A stretch of 64,000 nt of DNA from Eledone cirrhosa (lineage: Eukaryota): contig OZ024746.1 of assembly GCA_964016885.1 (NCBI GenBank), forward strand, positions 42,284,001 through 42,348,000, in the 5' to 3' direction. The notes below the pieces were generated by a model. The model worked only from the letters and a program-made list of their open reading frames with translations, was not told the origin of the DNA and ran no database searches. Positions 13,485-24,946 of the stretch are shown one piece after another; the first letter of the stretch is position 1; every line of letters begins with the position of its first letter. The position numbers were made by a program, and so were the translations under genes.

Positions 13485-14287
13485 CATAATACATAAATAT
13501 GACATATATAAATGTATATATACATAATATACATGTAGGTATATGTGTCTGTGTGTGTGTATGGATGCATATAATTTTATACATAATACACACACAGATC
13601 TATGCGTATACAATATGTGTGTTTGAATTGAGAAATATAATGTTTATAGGATGAATATATATATTCTTTATTATTATTTGGTTTTAATCATTTTTTATGT
13701 AAATCTATGTGCAAGGATATTTCCAGCATTATTTTCTAAAAGAAATTATTGAGCATGATTTTTAGCTTGGCAAATGAGACACAATGTCTGTCATGAACAG
13801 TTAACTGAACTTTTATCCTGATACTGTTCTGGCGTTATTGAATTCTGCAATGGAAGCAGAATCTGCTAACAAAAGTACTGGCAAAAATCATGATAAAGCT
13901 GCTGCGGGGGGCATGATAGAAGATTAAGGACTGTGAATTATCAGCAAGTGAAAGGTTCTTTGTTTTCAAGTTTGTTTTTTAAAGAAATTATTACTAGTTT
14001 TGTTTTAATTTATGTTATATTGATGTTATATAATATTGATCTTGCTATGTTAACTATACTGGTGATTGGAAGCAAGGCATCAATATGTTAAAAGAGGTAA
14101 TATTTAGAACAGATTAATCTATTCTTCTAGTATTCTATATTATGAAAATGACTATATGTTTTGTATGTATGCATATGTGTGGTTAAAAACATATACATAT
14201 GTATACACTATATATATAGGCCTGTGTACATACACATACACACATATATATGTGTATATACGTATATACACGTATATATATATATGT

Positions 14288-15788
14288 CATCATCATCATC
14301 ATCATCATCAACGTTTAACGTCCGTGTTCCACGCTTGCATGGGTTTGGACGGGGGTAGTCCCACTTGAGGCAAGAGTGATTGTCTTGCTCGCATAGGACT
14401 GTCTGGCAGGTTTTCTACAGTTGGATGCCCTTCCTAACACCAACCACATTTACAGTGTGGGTCTGGGAGGTTTTTACCGTGTTGCCTACACGGCCACATT
14501 ACAGCGTGGACTGTGTGTTTTTTTGTCGTGACACCTACACGATCTCATTTGTTTCGGCCCGGATGGCGCGGCACCAACATAACTTTACATAGGACGGGGT
14601 GGTGTGGATGGGGTGGGGGTGGTGGTGGTGGGACGGGGTGTATTTTGTTAGAGATGCCTACTGGCAAGGCGGGTCTTCTCTGTTACTGAGTACCGCCAAA
14701 GGTCTTGGTCCAGTGACATTGTCTTGGAGAGGTGTAAGTGTGTGAGGTCGGAGTTTATCAGCTCGTCCCAGGTTTTTCTAGGTCTGCCTATTCCGTGGCT
14801 ACCGTCTATCTTTATTGCCCTGCACTTTGTTATACAGCTATCGACTTTCATGCGCATCACGTGTCCATACCAACGTAGCCTTCTCTCGAGTAAACAACAT
14901 CTGATCCCTCTTATCTCTAATTTTTTCCTTAGTTCGTTTATGCTTTGCCGTTCACGTATATTACTGTTACACATCCAGCGGAGCATGCAAGCTTCGTTCC
15001 TCTCTAGTCTGCGTATATCCTCTGCACACAATGCCCAGGTCTCACTGCCATGCAACATTGCTGTTCGTATGCAGGCATCGTACAACCTGCCTTTCATTTT
15101 TAGGGAGAACCCTTTAGCAGCTAATAGTGGTATAAGCTCTCTGAACTTTTTCCAACCAGTTCTGACTCTAGCTACAGTACTTTCAGAGCACCCTCCCCCA
15201 CTGCTGATTTTATCGCCCAGGTAACGGAAGCTGTCCACTATTTCTATAGAACCCTCTGCGCAATTGAAAGAGCTAGTATTGTGTGGGCACTTGCTGCTAC
15301 TTATTGCACCAGAACACCGGCCACATGTAAAATCTATGTTCTTAGTTAGCTTACCTGTGATCCCACTACATCTTTTATGCACCCATACTTTGCATTTAGG
15401 ACACAAAATGGAGTTTCTACCTACGCCTTTCCTACACACCGAGCACGACCATTTCCCAGAAGGGACCGCCGCCTTGTTTTCTTTCCTACAAACTAGAACT
15501 TTGGTCTTAGCCAGGTTAATTTTAAGTCCTTTTGACTCTAGGCCGTGCTTCCATGTTTGGAATTTCTTCTCTAGCTCGGCCATTGATTCCGCTATGAGTG
15601 TCAGGTCATCTGCGTATAGGAGTTCCCATGGGCAGCCTGTCTTGAACTCCTCTGTTATAGCCTGAAGGGCAATAATAAATAGTAGGGGGCTGAGAACAGA
15701 GCCCTGATGGACGCCAACTTTTACGCTAAACTCTTCACTATATTCGTTGTTAATTCTAACCTTGCTGACTGTTTCTTTATACATGGCT

Positions 15789-15790
<2 letters not shown>
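14288..15790 (-). mobile_element. 5'-truncated RTE LINE (family A), uninterrupted RT C-half to 3' UTR and (GAT)n tail
   Basis: [39 protein letters not shown] in ORF 14648-15790; both ends in (TA)n. Confidence 0.95.
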
Positions 15791-15855
<65 letters not shown>

Positions 15856-15956
15856 CAAAGATAGAACTATATATATATATATATATAGCAAAGATAGAAC
15901 TATACAAACAATTCTCGAAGAAAAGTAAATGATTATAATTATAGTATGTAATTACC

Positions 15957-16042
<86 letters not shown>

Positions 16043-16047
<5 letters not shown>

Positions 16048-16236
16048 AACAAGTAAGACCTCGATGGCTGAGCTCAAGCCATTTCGACGGCTAATTCAGT
16101 CCAGAATTAGCTGTTGAAACGGCTTGAGCTCAGCCGTCGGGGTCTTACTTGTTCCTATTACCCACTCTACTACCCTAAGTATTGAGTACTTTGGTGCGTT
16201 ATGGTCCACCTGGTTCCTTACCACATTTCCTTCGTT
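16043..16236 (+). mobile_element. Fold-back element carrying the 3' half of a hammerhead
   Basis: Arms 16043-16097/16104-16158, unique tail to ~16236; GAA-ACGGCT-TGAGCTC-AGCCGT-C-ggggtc; relatives at 42990-43170 and 60645-60846. Confidence 0.75.
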
Positions 16237-16483
16237 ATATATATATATATATAAATGGAAAAAATTAAACAAAATTTCATTTCTCACTCTTAGTACGGCT
16301 GTTACTTAAATATAAGTATGTATACATACATATATGTATACATACATGCACACATATATATATGTACGTATGGATTTACCGAACATTTATTATAATGCTT
16401 GGTTTGTTTGTAAACAAACATCCCGAATTAAGCCATAGTGTTTAGCAACCATCGTTGCCCTTTTGTTCAACACTGACAAAGGA

Positions 16484-16526
16484 ACGATGTACTAGTTTCA
16501 AGCTTATTAGCTATCGTCAGCACCGT
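16484..16526 (-). ncRNA. Minimal type I hammerhead ribozyme
   Basis: ACGGTG-CTGACGA-tAGCTaataAGCTt-GAA-ACTAGT-A-CATCGT: full core, stem I, stem II, palindromic stem III, GUA site. Confidence 0.85.
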
Positions 16527-16681
16527 ATACCTTCCTGCCAGATGATTGAACATCTGAAAGTATATACTTTCCTTATGCATATTAATGGGTGAGCAGCCTA
16601 ATTTATATATATGTGTGCATGTATGTATATATATACATACTACTGTATGTCTGTATACATATATGTATGTACGTATACATA

Positions 16682-16748
<67 letters not shown>

Positions 16749-17097
16749 TTGTATATTTATTCCCTGTTTCTTCCTTTCCTTGTTCTCATGTGTCTATCCT
16801 TCTATTTCTTCTTCTAGATCTCCTGTTAACTGCTGATGAAGGATTAGCATCCAAAACGCTAAGATTGAAAACATGCAGCCTTGAAAAAATTCTGTTTCCA
16901 TATCAATAGGTTGCATTGCATAAGAAATATATTATATAATAAATATATTTCTTCAAATGCTATCTGAAGAAGTTGTATCAGTAATTGCGTGATGGCACCA
17001 TTATATAATTAAAATAACACCTCAGAAATACATTTTCAGCAATTTACATAATAAAATGAATTGTGGAAATCTAGCCTTCATATATTTTATTATTATT

Positions 17098-17865
17098 ATG
17101 GATTGGCAGTATTGGTAGGGGGTTGGACGCCATACTTTGACACATAGAGTTACACCCCTTGCCATTCTGAGTTCAAACTCGCCGAGGTTAACTTTGCTTT
17201 CATCCTCATGGGGTCGATAAAATAAAGTACCAGTAATACACTGGAATAATTGCTGGCCTTGTGCCAAAAGTAGAAATAATTATTATTATTATTATTATTA
17301 TTTTCAAGGGTGGTGGATTGGCAGTATCGATAGAGGGTCGGAGGCCATGCTTTGCAGTATAGAGTTATGGCCTTTTATGATCTAAGTTCAAATCCCGCCG
17401 AGGTTAACTTTGCCTTTCATCCTTACGGGGTCGATAAAATAAAGTACCAGTAATGCACTGGGATAATTGCTGGCCTTGTGCCAAAAGTAGAAATAATTAT
17501 TTTCATCATTATTATTGGCAGAAACATTAGATCATTGGACGTATGTTTAGCAGTATTTGTTCCATTACTCTTTACATTCTGAGTTCAAATCCCACTGAAG
17601 TCAGCTTTGCTTTACATCTTTATGGGCTTGATGAAATAAAGTACCAGTAACACACTGGAGTCAATTTAATCGACTTTCCCCTCCCCCTAAAATTGTTGGA
17701 TTTTTGCCTAAATCAGAAATCATTATTAGAGTTACGTCCCTTTCCATTCTGAGTTCAAATCCCGCCGAGGTCAACTTTACCTTTCATCCTTATGGGGTCG
17801 ATAAAATAAAGTACCAGTAATGTACTGGGTAATTGCTGGCCTTGTGCCAAAAGTAGAAACAATTA
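17098..17865 (+). mobile_element. Head-to-tail cluster of four Meta-like tRNA SINE copies
   Basis: Copies at ~17098-17278, 17308-17498, 17515-17720 and 17730-17862, separated by (ATT)n tails. Confidence 0.85.
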
Positions 17866-18744
17866 TTATTATGATAAATTCTTTCTATCTCCTCTTGCTG
17901 AAGTCTATATTTTTCTTGGTGCTAAACTTGCTTTTATATATATATATATATATATATATAATTAGATTAAATCTATACATGTATAATGTATATTGATTAA
18001 GTTACTCAACTCAGATTCCCCAGAGAATAATTTGTATAAATTTAAACAATATATGAAAAAGTATCTTTCATAAATCTAGTTGAATAACAACTAGTATCAT
18101 GTACATACATATAATGATAAATAATAAATGTACTTGCTCATAGAAAGAATCAAGCCAAGAATGTAAAGAGCCAGAGCAAATGCTCCAATGCATACTGTCT
18201 ATTGCTCTACCGATTCTACCAATCCATTCCATTAATATTATTATAGATAACGATGGATCATGCAGTGGTTTCAATGATAAAACTTTAGTTGTTCAATCAA
18301 CAGAACAGCTTGTGTAAGTGGTCGAGTATTCAATAGACACTTATACCATTAATGTAATTCTCAAACCAAAATCAGTCTAACACAGAATGTGTAAAAGACT
18401 GTATCTTTGCAGGTAAAATTCATTCACTGGGCTTCTGCACAGCCTTCATCTACCCAATGAAATTCATAAGTCTTGTCTCAACCAAAGGCACTTGATGTGC
18501 CATACAGTGGGAATAAAACTGAGATCTCATGATTGTGAAACAAATTTCTTATCCCCTCAGCTATAGCTGTGTCCACATTACAAAACATCATAGTACTTGT
18601 AAGAGCTACTATTGTAGCCATTACTTTTGGAAAAATCTAGAGTCTGGACTTAATAGATTAACACAACACATTCTAAAGGCAGTGTGGAACAAAGGTTGTG
18701 TTTGTTCTTTTCTTGTTTAATTCAAAAAAGAAGGACAATAATAA

Positions 18745-18945
18745 TGCTTTCTAATTTAGATACAAGGCCAACAATTTGGGGAGAGGGGGAAGTCGCTTAA
18801 ATTAACCCCAATGCATTACTGGTGCTTTATTTTATTGACCCCATAAGTGAACTTCAACAGGATTTGAACTCAGATCATAAAGAGCAATAACTCTATGCTA
18901 CAAAGCATGGTGTTATTTACCGATACTGCCAATTCACCACCCTTG
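18745..18945 (-). mobile_element. Diverged Meta-like SINE
   Basis: Matches 7240-7426 (CCGATACTGCCAATTCACC, GGATTTGAACTCAG). Confidence 0.7.
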
Positions 18946-19295
18946 GCAATAGTTATTTTAAGAGTTCTTATAAGGTTGTTATGAATGCACTCACACAAAA
19001 TATACATTTATACATACATATTATACAAAAAATATACCACATTTATAAAATGTGTAACAAATAACTCAATACATAAGAGGATTATGTGTCTTTTTATTGA
19101 AAGTAACTGACCAGTTTCAAGTCAGTTGAATACCATTGGGCAGCCTGTTGCCACATCTTTTAGGAATTCACTTCACAACCTTATGGTCTGGGATTCTCTG
19201 CTGCTACATGGCACCTGGTTAAGTGTCTTCTATAATAGCCTCAGTTTGACTAATGCATTGCAAGTGAATTTGGTAAAAGGTAATTGCAGAAATCC

Positions 19296-19338
<43 letters not shown>

Positions 19339-19340
<2 letters not shown>

Positions 19341-19839
19341 TCATCATCATCATCATCATCAACGTTTAACGTCCGTGTTCCACGCTTGCATGGGTTTGGA
19401 CGGGGGTAGTCCCACTTGAGGCAAGAGTGATTGTCTTGCTCGCATAGGACTGTCTGGCAGGTTTTCTACAGTTGGATGCCCTTCCTAACACCAACCACAT
19501 TTACAGTGTGGGTCTGGGAGGTTTTTACCGTGTTGCCTACACGGCCACATTACAGCGTGGACTGTGTGTTTTTTTGTCATGACACCTACACGATCTCATT
19601 TGTTTCGGCCTCGATGGCGCGGCACCAACATAACTTTACATAGAACGGGGTGGTGTGGATCGGGTGGGGGTGGGGGTGGTGGGACGGGGTGTATTTTGTT
19701 AGAGATGCCTACTGGCTGGAGTAGGTTTTACTATATATTTAGGTAAGGCGGGTCTTCTCTGTTACTGAGTACCGCCAAAGGTCTCGGTCCAGTGACATTG
19801 TCTTGGAGAGGTGTAAGTGTGTGATGTCGGAGTTTATCA
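19339..19839 (-). mobile_element. RTE family A 3' end
   Basis: Near-identical to 14288-14760. Confidence 0.92.
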
Positions 19840-20090
19840 TTATTAGTGCAGATTAAAGTTGGAGCAACGAATCGCTGCTTTCACCCTATTATTCAGAAGA
19901 TCCCATAATAGGGTGAAAACAGCGATTCTTTTGCTCAAACTTTAATCTATACTAATAATAAATATTTGCTTTCCGGGTTTATATGGGTCTTCACAGACTG
20001 AGTTAGTACTGAAGGGAGTATACTAACCTACGAGACTGGCAAGGAGGATGCATTTGGCTTACATATGGTCCCATTCTTTACTGAGTGCAA
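19840..20090 (+). mobile_element. Fold-back element with variant hammerhead core (CAGAAGA)
   Basis: Arms 19840-19892/19905-19958, then unique tail; relatives at 30350-30395, 42022-42088 and 59734-59800. Confidence 0.7.
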
Positions 20091-20177
20091 TATGAATATA
20101 TAGATATATATATAGAAAGAGAGAGAGATGTAAGTTATAGTGGGAGAATAAACAACCAAATTCTTGAAAAAATATTT

Positions 20178-21462
20178 ATCATCATCATAATCATCATTTT
20201 ACGTCTGCTTTTCCCTGCTTGCAAGGGTGGGACGGGTCTTATTCAGCATCTCTCCACTTGTCACGGTCCTTCGTCATCTCCACCGTGAGCTTCAACGATC
20301 TGAGGTCTGTTCTCACCACCTCTGCCCATGTTTTTCGTGGTCTACATCTTCCACGTCTTCCTTCAACTGGCACTTCTTCACCCATCGGTCATCCTCTATG
20401 CGCATCACATGTCCTTACCACCACAGTCTCCTCTCTCGCACACTACATTCTATCCCTCTCAGACACAGTTTCTCTCTCAACACATCCATGCAGGGTCATT
20501 CACGCACATTGATATTGCACATCCAACGGAGCATGCTTGCGTCATTTCTCTCCAGCCATCACATATCTTCTGCAGTTGCTGCCCAAGTCTCACTACCATA
20601 CAACATCACACTCTTCACACAGGCATCATATAACCGGCCTTTCATACGCAGGGAGAAACCCTTCTTCGTCAGCAGAGGAAGCAGCTCCTTAAACTTCTTC
20701 CAACCAGTCCTTATTCTAGATACTATGGCCTCGGAAACCCCCCCCCCCGGCCCCTCCCATGCTAATCTGATCTCCTAGGTACTGGAAGTTATCCACCACT
20801 TCTATAGCACCCACCTGCATTTGAAAAATGTGTCTATCAATGTGACTTCTACTGTCTAATTTCCCTGTACATCTACTGCATATGCATTTCTCCCTACCTG
20901 TTATTTTGCCTGCTATCCCACTACATCTCTTGTGTACCCAGGATCTGCATTGTATGCATTTTATAGAATTTATGCCACTTCCTTTTCTGCATATCGAACA
21001 TGGCCATTTCCCTGACGGAATCAGAGTTTTGTCCTCTTTTCTACTCAACAACACTTTTGTCTTAGCTAGGTTCACTCTCAGTCCTCTTGCTTCCAACTGC
21101 TGTTTCCATAGCCAGAATTTATTCTCTAGCTCCTCTACTGATTCTGCTATAAGAACCAGATCGTCAGCATAGAGAAGTTCCCATGGACAGCCAGTCGTAA
21201 ACTCCTCTGTAATGGCTTGGAGGACTATAATGAACAAGAGCGGGCTGAGGACCGAACCTTGATGTACTCCTACTTGTATCTGGAATTCGTCACTAAACTC
21301 CATTCCTACCCTGACTTTACTGACAGCACCTCTGTACAAAGTTTGCACTGTCCTCACAAGCCATTCCTCAACATCTAGTTTCCTTAGGGACCACCAGATG
21401 ACAGATTGGGGTACCCTATCAAAGGCCTTCGCTAGGTCAACAAAGGCTCAGTATAGTGGCTT
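20178..21462 (-). mobile_element. 5'-truncated RTE LINE (family B)
   Basis: ORF 20716-21357 [24 protein letters not shown]; frameshifted C-terminus; (GAT)n tail. Confidence 0.93.
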
Positions 21463-21543
21463 ATAAATATTGATATATCCAGGAACGAGACCTTCATGGT
21501 TCAACTTAAACCTGGATAGTCAATATTTATAAAACAAACTTTG

Positions 21544-21604
21544 TATTTTATCTGATGAGAGCGTACCAAAGTTTTGGTACCCTTGAAATATATATAATAG
21601 AATA
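21544..21604 (+). ncRNA. Type I hammerhead ribozyme in element 21463-21742
   Basis: tattttat-CTGATGA-GAGcGTACCAAAgtTTTGGTACcCTT-GAA-ATATATAT-A-atagaata; short inverted 5' end at 21461-21533; tail ends in (TA)n. Confidence 0.8.
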
Positions 21605-21738
21605 AATATAGTTTTATAAATATAGTTTCCATTTATTAATATCATTGATATTATACTCCAGAAAACCTGTCAAGTGCTTCGAATCAGTTATAAATATTTA
21701 TATTTGTTGAATTACCAACAAATTAAATATCCCTTTGC

Positions 21739-21802
<64 letters not shown>

Positions 21803-21803
<1 letters not shown>

Positions 21804-23943
21804 TGTCACTACGAAAGGCTACTAAATGAGGAGAATAAATGGGAGAAAGACAGTCTCCCCCACATGGACCCAATAGAGGGACCAGCAGTGTTAGTCGAAG
21901 GTAGTATAATAAGTAAGGCAATCAAAGATATGAAGACGGGTAAGGCGGCTGGGCCTTCAGAAATAGTTGCTGAGATGCTGAAAGCCTCTGGAACGGTGGG
22001 ACACACCATGGTCACACGGATAGTAAACCAAGTCATACAGAATGGGGTTGTTCCGAAGGACTGGCATAGCAGCATCATCGTTAACTGTTACAAGGGTAAA
22101 GGAGACGCCCCAGATAGGAGTAACTATAGAGGCATTAAATTAATCGACCAGGTCATGAAGGTCACGGAAAAAGTAATAGCGCAACTAATCAGAGAGAGAA
22201 TTGATCTAGATGAAATGCGGTTCGGGTTTGTGTCAGGCAAAAGTACCACAGACGCTCTCTTCATTGTACGACAACTACAGGAGAAGTACCTAGCTAAAAG
22301 TAAACCCCTATATTTAGCTTTTGTCGACTTGGAGAAAGCCTTCGACAGAGTCCCCCGTTCCATTATCTGGTGGGCTCTTAGAAAACTAGGTGTTGACGAA
22401 TGGCTTGTGAGAGCTATACAAGCTATGTATAAAGAAACAGTCAGCAAGGTTAGAATTAACAACGAATATAGTGAAGAGTTTAGCATAAAAGTTGGTGTCC
22501 ATCAGGGCTCTGTTCTTAGCCCCCTACTATTTATTATTGCCCTTCAGGCTATAACAGAGGAGTTCAAGACCGGCTGCCCATGGGAACTCCTATACGCAGA
22601 TGATCTAACGCTCATAGCTGAATCAATGGCCGAGCTAGAGAAGAAATTCCAAACATGGAAGCACGGCCTAGAATCAAAAGGCCTTAAAATTAACCTGGCT
22701 AAGACTAAAGTTCTCGTTTGTAAGAAAGAAAATAAGGTGCCAGTGTCCCTTCCGGGAAATGGCCATGCTCGGTGTGTTGGAAAGGCGTAGGTAGAAACTC
22801 CATTTTATGTCCCAAATGCAAAGTATGGGTGCATAAAAGATGTAGTGGAATCACAGGTAAGCTAACTAAGAACATAGATTTTATATGTGGCCGGTGCTCT
22901 GGTGCAATAAATAGCAGCAAGTGCCCAGGGAATACTAGCTCTTTCAATTGCACAGATGGTTCTATAGAAATAGTGGACAGCTTCCGTTACCTGGGTGACA
23001 AAATCAGCAGTGGGGGAGGGTGCTCTGAAAGTACAGTAGCTAGAGTGAGAACTGGATGGAATAAGTTCAGAGAGCTTATACTACTATTAGCCGTTAAAGG
23101 GTTCTCCCTAAAATCGAAAGGCAGGTTGTATGATGCCTGCATACGGACAGCTGTTGCATGGCAGTGAAACCTGGGCATTGTGTGCTGCAGAGGATATACG
23201 CAGACTAGAGAGGAACGAAGCTTGCATGCTCCGCTGGATGTGTAATAGTAATATACGTGAACGGCAAAGCATAAACGAACTAAGGAAAAAATTAGAAATA
23301 AGAGGGATCAGATGTTGTTTACTCGAGAGAAGGCTACGTTGGTATGGTCACGTGATGCGCATGAAAGACGACAGCTGTATAACAAAGTGCAGGGCAATAA
23401 AGATAGACGGTAGCCACGGAGTAGGCAGACCCAGAAAAACCTGGGACGAGCTGAAAAATTCCGACCTCACACACTTACACCTCTCCAAGACAATGTCACT
23501 GGACCGAGACCTTTGGCGGTACTCAGTAATAGAGAAGACCCGCCTTACCTAAATACAAAGTAAAACCTACTACACTCAGTAGGCATCTCTAACAAAATAC
23601 ATCCCCATCCCACCCCCCACCCCCCATCCACACCACTCCTTTCAATGTCAAGTTATGTTGGTGCCACAACATCCAGGTCGAAACAAATGAGATCATGTAG
23701 GTGTCACGAAAAAAAAACACAGTCCACGCTGTAATGTGGCCGTGTAGGCAACACGGTAAAAACCTCCCAGCCCCACACTGTAGATGTGGTTGGTGTTAGG
23801 AAGGGCATCCAGCTGTAGAAAACCCGCCAGACAGTCCTATGCGAGCAATGACAACCACTCTTGCCTCAAGTGGGAAAACTCCCGTCCAAACCCATGCAAG
23901 CGTGGAAGATGGACGTTAAACGATGATGATTATGATGATGATG
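21803..23943 (+). mobile_element. RTE LINE family A, longest copy (complete RT, two frameshifts)
   Basis: ORFs 21735-22790, 22772-23167 and 23130-23552: NYRGIKL, FVDLEKAFDRVP, QGSVLSP, YADD; 3' UTR and (GAT)n tail; (TA)n on both sides. Confidence 0.95.
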
Positions 23944-24012
23944 ATATATATATATACATATATGTATATATATATGTATATTTATATATATGTATATATA
24001 TATGTATATATG

Positions 24013-24131
<119 letters not shown>

Positions 24132-24605
24132 ATATATATATACTGTAAAGTATATCCATAGAATCATTTGATAATATATATACACCATTTCCTCTCCCAA
24201 TTAGCATAATCAACCACACAAAAAACCAATTAAACCAGGCTATAAGATTAAAAGGCACCTATGAAGAAATAGTAGATAAATAAACGACAGCCATCTATTC
24301 GCGATCAACAGCTATAGAATATTTACCCAACATTTCAATAGCACGTGGAAATCGATTAAATATACCGTCAACCATACACAATTAGGTACAAAATTAAAGT
24401 TAGAAGAAAAAAGGCATATACACATACCAGGATTGCGTTTCTACCCTTAGGGTTTCCTTCGCTTTCGGAAATATCCTATCAAGGATAAATTCTCGAGCTT
24501 CGAACTCATCAGGAAACAAACTCACTTGGACAAAGATTTTTCTTAAATGATCTCCACCAGAAACGAATTCAAAATGGCTAAGAACTCTGACGTAGCAGTG
24601 GTCAA

Positions 24606-24653
<48 letters not shown>

Positions 24654-24665
24654 ATATATATACAT

Positions 24666-24752
<87 letters not shown>

Positions 24753-24859
24753 CATATATATGTATATATATATACATGTACAGAAAACTTGTCGAGTGCT
24801 TCGAATCAGTTATAAATATATATATTTGTTGAATTACCAACAAGTTAAATATCCCTTTG

Positions 24860-24943
<84 letters not shown>

Positions 24944-24946
<3 letters not shown>

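Noticed and set aside
13810-13927. Short coding-looking stretch FYPDTVLALLNSAMEAESANK...
   Set aside because: No in-frame start or clear splice acceptor, and no recognisable homology
14724-15665. Plus-strand ORFs of 133-166 aa (similarly 20227-20778, 22124-22486, 39874-40299)
   Set aside because: Antisense shadows of RTE ORFs
14648-15958. 436-aa ORF as an intact gene
   Set aside because: Its N-terminus is read-through across (TA)n; the real homology is a 5'-truncated RTE starting at ~15790
24430-24520. Minus-strand CTGATGA...GAAAC with branched hairpins
   Set aside because: I could not form convincing stems I and III, so it is not called as a hammerhead, though it may be a variant
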